From positions 32,001 to 96,000 of IMG/VR virus record IMGVR_UViG_2974602183_000001: 64,000 bases of DNA; one strand, written 5' to 3'. Positions 1 to 7,316 of this stretch are shown piece by piece. The stretch comes from a virus. Its lineage: Duplodnaviria; Caudoviricetes. The translations under genes were made by a program, and so were the position numbers. Below the pieces are notes generated by a model, which had not been told where the DNA came from, did not search any database, and saw nothing but the letters and a program-made list of their open reading frames with translations. The number at the start of each line of letters is the position of its first letter. Position 1 is the stretch's first letter.

Positions 1-120
1 CAAGGACTCTGCTCCGTGATGTGCTACCATATCTTTGGAAGCCAACATAAATAGAGAGGCTACCTTACCAAGAGTCAGAATCTTCTCTAGGGTTTCAGTA
101 TCAATTACTGTTTTTGACAT
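1..120 (-). CDS. hypothetical protein, runs off left edge (partial)
   Basis: ATG at 120 preceded by AGGA SD and promoter 151-179; frame open to the edge (MSKTVIDTETLERIL...). Confidence 0.65.
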   Translation of the reverse strand, partial: MSKTVIDTETLEKILTLGKVASLFMLASKDMVAHHGAESL

Positions 121-150
121 GTCTGATTCCTTTTCTTAATTTATACAGAT

Positions 151-179
151 ATTATACGGAAATTTAGGCTATTAAGCTA
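151..179 (-). promoter_or_regulatory. phage sigma70-type promoter
   Basis: TAGCTT-17-TATAAT with AT-rich upstream tract; same pattern recurs >20 times in window. Confidence 0.7.
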
Positions 180-196
180 TTAAAGATTTTAATAAT

Positions 197-385
197 TTAC
201 TGCATAGCTGCTATACTAGTGACAACGAACATAAATACTATGCCCATGATTACACCTACTACTGTACCTACAGTAAAGGCCATAGATACTGCTTGTTCCC
301 TAGTTGGCCCTCTACTCCGTAAGCCTGGTGGCCTAGGTGGCTTAGGTACTTGACGCGTTTTTCCTTCTGTTAGGGGCATACACAC
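197..385 (-). CDS. small membrane protein
   Basis: C-terminal hydrophobic helix (AFTVGTVVGVIMGIVFMFVV); packed in gene run. Confidence 0.6.
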   Translation of the reverse strand: MCMPLTEGKTRQVPKPPRPPGLRSRGPTREQAVSMAFTVGTVVGVIMGIVFMFVVTSIAAMQ

Positions 386-387
386 TC

Positions 388-642
388 CTATCGCAATAAT
401 TGTTTAGATAGAGCTAAGATAGTATCGACGGCTAGGCCGTCGTACTCATCTACTAAGTCAGGGTCAGAGGCACAATCATTGCCTTGAGAGTCACATAATC
501 CCGCCCTGTCTACGTGGTCTTCAGAAACCCAGCAAGAGCAGTGAACACACTCAACTACAGGTTCCAGGTCTGTGCTACCACATTGGTCACACTCCTCTAA
601 TAGAACGTCTAAAAGTTCGTGGCAGTTTTTACACCCTTGCAT
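388..642 (-). CDS. Cys-rich putative Zn-binding protein
   Basis: three CxxC pairs; GGGGAG SD. Confidence 0.7.
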   Translation of the reverse strand: MQGCKNCHELLDVLLEECDQCGSTDLEPVVECVHCSCWVSEDHVDRAGLCDSQGNDCASDPDLVDEYDGLAVDTILALSKQLLR

Positions 643-645
643 AGC

Positions 646-918
646 CTACTCCCCTATAGTCAAATCTACTAACTTAGCGTATGTTTTCTGGTCTTCTTCG
701 TCGGCATACTCTACTTCGTAACCTGCTAGGGAAATTACAGTAGATAAGTCTTCTTTATGTACAGGGACTACGCCTTCGCTGGCTTGCTTTGCCGCTTCTA
801 CTTCTGTCAGAATGCCTTGCAATACTTCTTCAGAATCGTCACGGTAGTTAGCCAACTGGTTTAGCTGCTCCATTACCTTAGTGTACAGTTCTTTGCTTAG
901 GATTACGTGGTTACTCAT
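646..918 (-). CDS. hypothetical protein
   Basis: ORF with SD directly downstream of promoter 950-978. Confidence 0.75.
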   Translation of the reverse strand: MSNHVILSKELYTKVMEQLNQLANYRDDSEEVLQGILTEVEAAKQASEGVVPVHKEDLSTVISLAGYEVEYADEEDQKTYAKLVDLTIGE

Positions 919-949
919 CTTTTATCCCTTCTTTTCAGTTTATACAAGT

Positions 950-978
950 ATTATACGGAAAAATCGGACAAAAGGCTA
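950..978 (-). promoter_or_regulatory. phage sigma70-type promoter
   Basis: TAGCCT-17-TATAAT. Confidence 0.65.
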
Positions 979-985
979 ATAAAGA

Positions 986-1279
986 TTAAATGTATTTACG
1001 GTTCCAGCGTAAATCAACGCATTCTTGTAGGGCTTTTCGAGCCTCTTGCAGCTCAGAAATTAAAGTATCCAACTTTTCTAGGCGCTTCCTAGCCTCTGAA
1101 GGGCTTTCTGCGCAGAAGTCTAGGGTTACTACCTTGTAACAGTCTGTGATGCGAATCTCGCTTTGAACGTCAGAGCCCCAATCACCCCTTTCCTTAACAT
1201 ACCAGGATACACTACCAAATTCCTCGTGGGAATCTGATAGGAAGGTTTTATTACGTTTCTTAAATTGTGACATAATCAC
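986..1279 (-). CDS. hypothetical protein
   Basis: ORF with GAGGTG SD (start may be 1273). Confidence 0.75.
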   Translation of the reverse strand: MIMSQFKKRNKTFLSDSHEEFGSVSWYVKERGDWGSDVQSEIRITDCYKVVTLDFCAESPSEARKRLEKLDTLISELQEARKALQECVDLRWNRKYI

Positions 1280-1287
1280 CTCGGATA

Positions 1288-1320
1288 TAAAAATAGGGCG
1301 AGAACTTTCGTTCGCGCCCT
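1288..1320 (-). terminator. intrinsic terminator
   Basis: AGGGCGCGAAC-GAAA-GTTCTCGCCCT followed by ATTTTT on minus strand. Confidence 0.75.
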
Positions 1321-1326
1321 TGGGGG

Positions 1327-1488
1327 TTATTTGACAAGTACCAAGACTGCTCCGTTCGTGTGGATGTTTAGAGTCTGTCTTAGCATTTCTTTAACTCTAG
1401 TAGGGTTTTGTATAAGACTCCAGTTTTGGCTGAAGGTTCCATAGGCTACCCTGCGTAAGTAGCCTTGAGTGTCTTTGCAGTAAATCAT
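1327..1488 (-). CDS. hypothetical protein (53 aa, below track cutoff)
   Basis: GGAGG SD; MIYCKDTQGYLRRVAYG... Confidence 0.6.
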   Translation of the reverse strand: MIYCKDTQGYLRRVAYGTFSQNWSLIQNPTRVKEMLRQTLNIHTNGAVLVLVK

Positions 1489-1496
1489 AATCCCTC

Positions 1497-1805
1497 CTAG
1501 GATTTACTTCGTTTCAGTGCCCGCTTTGCTCTACGTGCCGCTTTGTCTACTGCAACTGTCTCTGGCTGTTTTTCTGACGCTGCCTTACTTACCCTAGACT
1601 TTTCAAGCTCTATTCTTTGGGCTTCTTTGTATTTGGCAATAGTATCTAGGTCTGCCGTTTTGGTGCAAGTTTTATTACACAGTTCATGGGTGCAATATCG
1701 AATATTGGCGTGTTCCACAGGCACAAAGTCAAAGGTTTTAATTGGGGTTCCCCAAGTGCATGTACCGAAAGTCTTATGGAACCATCTACGAATTCCTTTA
1801 AACAT
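1497..1805 (-). CDS. hypothetical protein
   Basis: GAGGTG SD; Cys/His N-part, basic C-tail. Confidence 0.75.
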   Translation of the reverse strand: MFKGIRRWFHKTFGTCTWGTPIKTFDFVPVEHANIRYCTHELCNKTCTKTADLDTIAKYKEAQRIELEKSRVSKAASEKQPETVAVDKAARRAKRALKRSKS

Positions 1806-1828
1806 ATTTCACCTCTTGTAAATCAAAT

Positions 1829-1919
1829 TGGCAGAAGAAGTCGGAATCGAACCGAAACCGTGTCACCACAATCGTAACGCTTTCCAGGCGTACCCCTTCA
1901 CCATCAGGGTTCATCTTCT
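1829..1919 (-). tRNA. tRNA-Ser(GGA)
   Basis: anticodon loop CTGGAAA, long variable arm, GGTTCGATTCC, encoded GCCA. Confidence 0.9.
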
Positions 1920-2085
1920 ATTTAAGTGTAATTTTAAGTGTCTTGACCTCAAAACCTGCTGGGCGATAGTCTTTATGAAGTAGCCACATCGCCTCTTGTA
2001 GGTGTCTAGTGGTCGTTAAAGTGTTAACGCTTCTTTGAAGTCTAGCAAGGTAGTGACCCTGCTTATTAACTAATACATAATACAT
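1918..2085 (-). CDS. hypothetical protein (55 aa)
   Basis: AGGAG SD; MYYVLVNKQGHYLARL...; fills gap between two tRNAs. Confidence 0.55.
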   Translation of the reverse strand: MYYVLVNKQGHYLARLQRSVNTLTTTRHLQEAMWLLHKDYRPAGFEVKTLKITLK

Positions 2086-2100
2086 TACTGGCTCCTAATC

Positions 2101-2188
2101 TGGAGGAAGACAGCAGAATCGAACTGCACCCGTTTCCAAGCAATCTCCTTAGCAGGGAGTCCCACACACCAGTTATGGATTATCTTCC
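2101..2188 (-). tRNA. tRNA-Ser(GCT)
   Basis: loop CTGCTAA, long variable arm, T arm, CCA. Confidence 0.9.
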
Positions 2189-2197
2189 GTTTTATTT

Positions 2198-2322
2198 TTT
2201 GAGCACTCTATCCTCGCAGACTTGGGTTCAGTGTAAACCTAGCCTTTGGTTTCCTCAGGTCACTACTCCAACAGAGCTAGTATCTCAACCAAGAGAGGGA
2301 CTAGCTGTACAGAGTGCTCAAA
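2198..2322 (-). ncRNA. structured ncRNA candidate (~125 nt)
   Basis: perfect 12-bp terminal stem TTTGAGCACTCT/AGAGTGCTCAAA enclosing AGCTAGT..ACTAGCT and another hairpin. Confidence 0.6.
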
Positions 2323-2333
2323 GAATAATTTGT

Positions 2334-2404
2334 TGGCTTGCTGAGGACTTTAACCCCTCCGACCGTGCAAGCGCTTTCAGTTAAACGGTCTTTCAGCAGA
2401 AGCC
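2334..2404 (-). ncRNA. CCA-ended tRNA-like RNA
   Basis: GGCTT/AAGCC-A closing stem, GACCGT/ACGGTC arm, T-arm-like GAGGG-GTTAAAG-TCCTC. Confidence 0.45.
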
Positions 2405-2437
2405 CTACGGTTTGGCGGTACTCCTGTTGTTCTGAAA

Positions 2438-2755
2438 CTAATGTACTTTCTTAAAGAAAGCCGCTACTTTCTTTATGTGGTGGTATATAGCAGCCATTGA
2501 ACTACCTGGGTCTCTAAGTGCTTTTATTAGAGACTTTTCTTGCTCGGTAACTTCCATAGTAACCTTGGCAACGTAATTAGGGAAGCAGTGCTTACACGTA
2601 CCACGCATACATGCAGAATCGTAATGGTCGTCAACTATGTGCTCGTACTTAGAACAATGCTCATAATGCTTGTGTAGTGTAGTCTGTGGCTTACCACACT
2701 CGTCACACTTAGGTTGACGGTCGAGCCATTCTTGAAATGCTGGGTCTTTATTCAT
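2438..2755 (-). CDS. Cys/His-rich hypothetical protein
   Basis: CxxC, HxxHC, CKHC motifs; overlaps upstream ORF. Confidence 0.7.
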   Translation of the reverse strand: MNKDPAFQEWLDRQPKCDECGKPQTTLHKHYEHCSKYEHIVDDHYDSACMRGTCKHCFPNYVAKVTMEVTEQEKSLIKALRDPGSSMAAIYHHIKKVAAFFKKVH

Positions 2756-2930
2756 CTTTCTTCCACTTCCACTTGCCGTTGTTCATGTTAATAGCGTTCT
2801 CTGGTTCTACGTAGTATCTACCACAGCCATCACAGACAATCACATCTACCACGATACCTGTTGAGGTTACATAGTTCTTTAAGTGACAGAAGTGCGTCTC
2901 CCCGCAGTTACATTGTACAAACTTAGACAT
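2748..2930 (-). CDS. Zn-ribbon protein
   Basis: CNCG...CDGCG; AGGAG SD. Confidence 0.7.
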   Translation of the reverse strand: MSKFVQCNCGETHFCHLKNYVTSTGIVVDVIVCDGCGRYYVEPENAINMNNGKWKWKKDE

Positions 2931-2945
2931 TACGTTCTCCTAAAT

Positions 2946-3007
2946 TGCAGCCCCACGTACGGAATCGAACCGCCATCTCCGGAGTATAGACCACTAACTA
3001 GTGGGGC
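2946..3007 (-). ncRNA. tRNA-like RNA lacking an anticodon arm
   Basis: perfect 7-bp GCCCCAC/GTGGGGC acceptor, D-loop-like AGTGG, GCGG-TTCGATT-CCGT T arm, ends TGCA. Confidence 0.65.
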
Positions 3008-3013
3008 ATAATA

Positions 3014-3089
3014 TGGTGCAGCGAGATGGATTCGAACCATCGACACCAAGGGCTTCAACCGAGTGCTCTACCGCTGGAGCTATCGCTGC
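3014..3089 (-). tRNA. tRNA-Phe(GAA)
   Basis: 76-nt cloverleaf, loop TTGAAGC, ACCA; two mismatches in anticodon stem. Confidence 0.88.
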
Positions 3090-3095
3090 GTGATT

Positions 3096-3173
3096 TGGTA
3101 TCCCTAGGCGGATTCGAACCGCTCCTTCCTCCGGTTATGAGCCGAGCGCTTTGACCTATTAAGCTATAGGGAT
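3096..3173 (-). tRNA. tRNA-Met/Ile2(CAT)
   Basis: loop CTCATAA, T arm, ACCA. Confidence 0.88.
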
Positions 3174-3183
3174 TTTAATTTAT

Positions 3184-3702
3184 TTATCTCTTGCCGTTCT
3201 TATAGGCGTCTAACAGGTTTTCCGAGTAAGTACCTACTGCCAGATTGTTTAAATTGTTATTTAGTTTATTATCATCTAGGTGCCTACATAGTAGCCCTTT
3301 ATCCAGATAATCGGGATCTAGGTAAGTTAACGCTAACAGACAGTGAACTGGGATAGGTGCTCTCTTCCCTAATATAGTAGCAGCTACTGTTAAATAACCC
3401 TCTTTATTAATGTAAGGCTCTAACAACTTTCCGCCCTGAAATGCGGTAGAAAGGGAGAGCACTTGACCAGACTTATTAATGTATAGTCCTTCTGTGCCTG
3501 GAACGAGGTCCCAGTCCTCTAAATTAATCGGGTTAGCTAGGCCTTTTAACTGGCTAATACTCTTTTTATGCCACTTACCACAGTCTGATTTTATCTTTAC
3601 TCTTCCATCCTTACCAACTACCAGCTCCTTACCTGAGTGTAAATTAGTTACTGTAAGGGTACTGTGGTTAAACTTATACTTAGAGTACCCAGGTATATCC
3701 AT
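3184..3702 (-). CDS. HNH homing endonuclease (NUMOD4/HNH type)
   Basis: GYLTV...VHCLLALTYL...CRHLDDNKLNNNLNNLAVGTYSEN motif. Confidence 0.88.
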   Translation of the reverse strand: MDIPGYSKYKFNHSTLTVTNLHSGKELVVGKDGRVKIKSDCGKWHKKSISQLKGLANPINLEDWDLVPGTEGLYINKSGQVLSLSTAFQGGKLLEPYINKEGYLTVAATILGKRAPIPVHCLLALTYLDPDYLDKGLLCRHLDDNKLNNNLNNLAVGTYSENLLDAYKNGKR

Positions 3703-4046
3703 AATTATTTCCTACTGATGTGTATTGTATTAGTTAACGCTCTAGTGTACATGTTGCCTACTATCGCTAGAGCAACCTACTTACTAAAACGCTAACGAAT
3801 ACATCTGTATTCGGGGATTACCCTACCGCCTTCCTAATCAGTATCGGTGGACTGGGTTGTGGTTACAACCATAAAATAAGGGACTCTAGTTCTGTATACC
3901 CGACCTCTTAATTAGGATTATTTGCGGTCATAACTACTACATGGTAGCTTGGTTTGGTCACATGCAAATGCAGCGGTGAGTTCATCTGTCGTTAGAGGGC
4001 TCCGGTGAGCCATAGCACTTTCTCAATACAGTAAAAGAATCAAAAT

Positions 4047-4119
4047 TGGCATAGGAGCTAGGAATCGAACCTAGCAGGTACGGGTTTGGAATCCGACCGA
4101 CGCCCAGCGTCCCTCCCAC
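4047..4119 (-). tRNA. tRNA-Trp(CCA)
   Basis: loop TTCCAAA, G73 discriminator, CCA; short D arm. Confidence 0.8.
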
Positions 4120-4125
4120 ATTGTT

Positions 4126-4200
4126 TGGTGCCCTCATCCGGAATCGAACCGAATTCACTGGGTTACAAATCCAGTGCATCGCCAGCAATGCTTTGAAGGC
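4126..4200 (-). tRNA. tRNA-Thr(TGT)
   Basis: loop TTTGTAA, T arm, ACCA. Confidence 0.88.
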
Positions 4201-4211
4201 TTTAAATTATT

Positions 4212-4403
4212 TTAAAGTAGTAGTAGCTTGATTTTCTCAAGACGCTGCTCTTCTTCATACCAATCTATGTAGTCTAGGCTTCCTATTACATATGCTAAGG
4301 CTTCATTAAACATACCTTTACTGATTAGGCTGCCTAGTCTTTCTCTAGCGTGGTCATTCTTTAAATAAGCTACTTTCTTCTCTAACTCTGCTAGCTTAGT
4401 CAT
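4212..4403 (-). CDS. hypothetical protein
   Basis: TAATG coupling to upstream ORF. Confidence 0.7.
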   Translation of the reverse strand: MTKLAELEKKVAYLKNDHARERLGSLISKGMFNEALAYVIGSLDYIDWYEEEQRLEKIKLLLL

Positions 4404-4687
4404 TACTCTTTTCCTTTGTCAGGGTCAGATAGGATACCAGCACAAATTAGGATTTCGTAAAGCAGAGCATCCGCTTTAGAAGTATCACCCAGCATAGCTC
4501 GCATGGTTAGAGCACCGATAGCTTCATCTACGTACTCGACGTTTACAAAACGACGAGTGTTGTGTCCTAGAACATCTACCGCTGCGGTGTCAGGGTTTTC
4601 GCCATCAAAGTGAACAACAGCTCCGTTGTATCGCATTTCACTAACAATCTTACCAACACGCTCTAGTTTTTCATCGTTAAAATCCAT
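4403..4687 (-). CDS. hypothetical protein
   Basis: first ORF after promoter 4719-4747. Confidence 0.75.
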   Translation of the reverse strand: MDFNDEKLERVGKIVSEMRYNGAVVHFDGENPDTAAVDVLGHNTRRFVNVEYVDEAIGALTMRAMLGDTSKADALLYEILICAGILSDPDKGKE

Positions 4688-4718
4688 CGTTCTTGCCCTT
4701 TCTTCATTCTATAAATAT

Positions 4719-4747
4719 ATTATACAGAAATTTGGGCTGTTTAGCTA
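4719..4747 (-). promoter_or_regulatory. phage sigma70-type promoter
   Basis: AAAATCTTCAA-TAGCTA-17-TATAAT. Confidence 0.7.
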
Positions 4748-4851
4748 TTGAAGATTTTAATAAATTATTCCACACTTCGGAGTCTCACCGCAGCTGACCG
4801 GCATCAGGTCGAATACGCGTCCTCAGGGCATGGTTCCTGAACGCTCTTGTT

Positions 4852-4948
4852 TGGCGGAAGAAGTGGGATTCGAACCCACACGCCCGTTAAGTGACTGACG
4901 GTTTTCAAGACCGTTGCCGGTACCCAGAATCTTTCGGCTTACTCTTCC
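4852..4948 (-). tRNA. tRNA-Ser(TGA)
   Basis: ACGGT-CTTGAAA-ACCGT, long variable arm, enlarged D loop, GCCA. Confidence 0.9.
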
Positions 4949-5080
4949 TTTGTTAGTGGCATGCTGCTTCCATGCTCCGACATATTTATAACCCTTACGG
5001 TCTAACGTATGCCACGTGTAGCGCAGACCTCTTTCGATACTTTAAAGACCAGTGAGGCTCTTAACAGGTCTCCTAGAATT

Positions 5081-5157
5081 TGGTACTCGCGGAGGGATTC
5101 GAACCCACATACCGTAGATTTTAAGTCTACTGCCTATGCCAATTTGACCACGCGAGC
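5081..5157 (-). tRNA. tRNA-Leu(TAA), short variable arm
   Basis: GTAGA-CTTAAAA-TCTAC, ACCA, 77 nt. Confidence 0.9.
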
Positions 5158-5160
5158 AGA

Positions 5161-5186
5161 AAATAAAAGGGCGATTGTTCGCCCTT
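5161..5186 (-). terminator. intrinsic terminator
   Basis: AAGGGCGA-ACAA-TCGCCCTT-TTATTTT. Confidence 0.7.
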
Positions 5187-5191
5187 AAGTT

Positions 5192-5268
5192 TGGTACTCG
5201 GGGAGAGACTCGAACTCTCAAAATCTGGGTTCTAAGTCCAGCGCGTATGCCAATTCCACCACCCGAGC
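5192..5268 (-). tRNA. tRNA-Leu(TAG), short variable arm
   Basis: loop CTTAGAA, ACCA, 77 nt. Confidence 0.9.
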
Positions 5269-5275
5269 ATTAAAA

Positions 5276-5323
5276 TGTATTTTTGACCTAGTACGGAGCT
5301 GTAGCGGCTAGGTCAAAAATACA
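5276..5323. repeat. perfect 16-bp inverted repeat
   Basis: TGTATTTTTGACCTAG / CTAGGTCAAAAATACA with 16-nt spacer. Confidence 0.9.
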
Positions 5324-5328
5324 CTTAA

Positions 5329-5510
5329 TTAAAAGACCGGTTAGTGCTGACGTGCCTACCAAGACAATTGAACAGATTCACAACTCACAGAGAATGGCCA
5401 AGTCCATAACAGAGTAACAATTACACAATAAATATAAAAGCGCATCTGCGTGAACGACACTCATTCTTTAATAGTAAGCGGTAGAACCCCAACGCTAACC
5501 AATCTTTTAA
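5329..5510 (-). ncRNA. hairpin RNA with YUGUN-repeat loop in 3' region of coiled-coil gene
   Basis: ~21-bp closing stem whose G-U pairs form on minus strand; loop carries 7 YTGTN units at 7-8-nt period. Confidence 0.65.
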
Positions 5511-5517
5511 AACTTAC

Positions 5518-6048
5518 TTAGGCATCAATAAAGCCAAACTCTACGAGAATGTTGCTAACCATTTCTGGTAACTCTACTTTACCGTTTCCGTTGATGCCTG
5601 CGCATGAATCCTTCACACGCTGAATCTGTCGAGTAAGGTTACGAACATCGGCTCGCACTTTGTCTTGAGATTCATTAGATACGCCTGGGACGTACCTTAC
5701 TTTGCTGTCTTGGTAGGAGGTAGTCGTTGAGACGTCACCCACACGAGACATGTTTTGTTCCATAAACTGCTTCTGCTCAGTAAGCATTGCAATTCTGAGG
5801 GTACGTTCATTAATACCGTTTTCGATATTAAAGGCCGCCTTCAAGTCGCGTAAAGCGAACTTGGCTATTAGGAGTTTGTCCATCTTCTCCACTGCTGCAC
5901 TGATAGCGACTTCTGCAGCTTTGTAGGCATCCTGACGAGTTCCTTGCGTCACTCGTAGTTGCATCCCCAATCGGTCTTTGATGAACTCGATTTCGTTGTC
6001 AATTTCAGACTCTACTCGTGAGACGTCTTTAACTGGCATTTTACGCAT
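5518..6048 (-). CDS. coiled-coil protein, DIP1984/DUF6847-like architecture
   Basis: GGAG SD; long amphipathic helices; pattern RL..Q.RV.QG ... K.RYV..VS...Q..VR.L.RQI..V.D.....N...VEL recalls DIP1984 family (by eye). Confidence 0.6.
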   Translation of the reverse strand: MRKMPVKDVSRVESEIDNEIEFIKDRLGMQLRVTQGTRQDAYKAAEVAISAAVEKMDKLLIAKFALRDLKAAFNIENGINERTLRIAMLTEQKQFMEQNMSRVGDVSTTTSYQDSKVRYVPGVSNESQDKVRADVRNLTRQIQRVKDSCAGINGNGKVELPEMVSNILVEFGFIDA

Positions 6049-6073
6049 TTAGTTTCTCCGTTGTTATAAGTTT

Positions 6074-6169
6074 CACTTTGATGAACTATACTCTAGGAGT
6101 CCGACGACCCGTAACTTGCCTTATTCAGGCCATACTTGGCAACCGTATCAAAAAGCATAGCTCAAAGTG
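6074..6169 (-). ncRNA. structured ncRNA / 5' leader candidate (96 nt)
   Basis: CACTTTGA/TCAAAGTG plus GCTATGCTTT/AGAGTATAGT closing helix; internal TTGCC..GGCAA. Confidence 0.6.
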
Positions 6170-6183
6170 TCCTCAAACGATTC

Positions 6184-7228
6184 GGCCTGAGATTACAGCC
6201 TTAAATGTCCGGTCTTTCACTACCCGTATGTCTTAGGGCTTATCCACCAGTTCTCACTGGTATCCGAACAGCGGTGCAATATTTAGACTCCATGCTGTGG
6301 GAGTGTCATACATGTTTACTCTATCGTTCCATTCCTTCCGAGCTTGCGACCCGTTCGCATCCGCTAAGACGCTAAATTCTTTTTCCGATAAAACATATCA
6401 GGCTTGCGACCTTCTATGCTCCTAGTTCCTTGAGGGGGCTAGGAATTAACCGCCTTTCAACATGTACCGTGGGGCTCTTTTGCTTTTGTAAGTTAGTTGT
6501 ATGAAAACCAAATATTCATAATTACTTCTTTAAGCATTCCCAACTGAGTGTCCCCACAGGAGCCCGTTACCTTTTGGATAACCGGATATTCCACTCAGTC
6601 ATGTCGTTCACGTTCCCGCTACTAAACTCCGTGCAAGATTTAGATTCTTCAACCCAACCTTGTTTTGGTACACACCGCACTTACATGACTGCTCGCACTA
6701 ATGTGTTATACGTTAGACTTTCGTTCTTCTTCCAGAGTTGCATCGAGGCTGACGATTGCGGTCGTCATTAGGGTCTTGGTTATCCCCCTATGTATCCACC
6801 GGCATACCTTACCGATGAACCTCGCTCTAGTTTTCTGACCTTTTCTCCCCTTTTCTTTCGGGAAGCCCTAGAGGTAAATTATATCTAGGAGTCTCGTACT
6901 TTTATCCGTGAACCGTCCGAAGACCGGAGCCACCCTGGGCGGGTAATGACTTTCCTACCTTTCGATAGATTATTCTAACGACCAGATACAGCCGAAAATG
7001 TACAAGTACACTTTTGTGATTCCCCGTGCGCTGCCTTTCGGCACGGTTTATAGCGGACTTGCTAGAATCCAGAAGTGAACTTCCGAAGCTCCTAACCCTA
7101 AGGTGTCGGCAGCTTTATATATTCCCATTACCAGTGGGCTTCGACCGAGAGTACATATACTAGGCACTCCGTGGGTAGGCTCTTGCTAGCCATCCCATAC
7201 CAGAACTGTTGCAAGGCTCTGGTGTCTC
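6184..7228 (-). ncRNA. giant structured ncRNA, GOLLD-like (~1.05 kb)
   Basis: no >=60-aa ORF on minus strand; many GNRA/UUCG-capped hairpins and long-range helices; directly downstream of tRNA-Gln; ends GGCTGTAATCTCAGGCC. Confidence 0.7.
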
Positions 7229-7233
7229 TCCTT

Positions 7234-7310
7234 TGGCGGCGGGTGGGGGATTCGAACCCCTGCGACTTTGGAATCAAAATCCAAGGTTTTACCAATTAAA
7301 CTAACCCGCT
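7234..7310 (-). tRNA. tRNA-Gln(TTG)
   Basis: TTGGA-TTTTGAT-TCCAA, GCCA. Confidence 0.9.
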
Positions 7311-7316
7311 ATTGTT

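Noticed and set aside
3184-4020. HNH plus structured upstream region as a group I intron
   Set aside because: No interrupted host gene identified, flanking tRNAs are intact, and no P7 core recognised
3982-4188. 68-aa ORF
   Set aside because: Is a translation of tRNA-Thr and tRNA-Trp sequence
6574-6771. 65-aa plus-strand ORF inside the giant RNA
   Set aside because: Antisense to all local transcription, TTG start, no SD; chance ORF
6184-7228. Giant RNA as rRNA fragment, tmRNA or group II intron
   Set aside because: No rRNA universal motifs, no tRNA-Ala-like ends with tag ORF, no GUGYG start or domain V recognised
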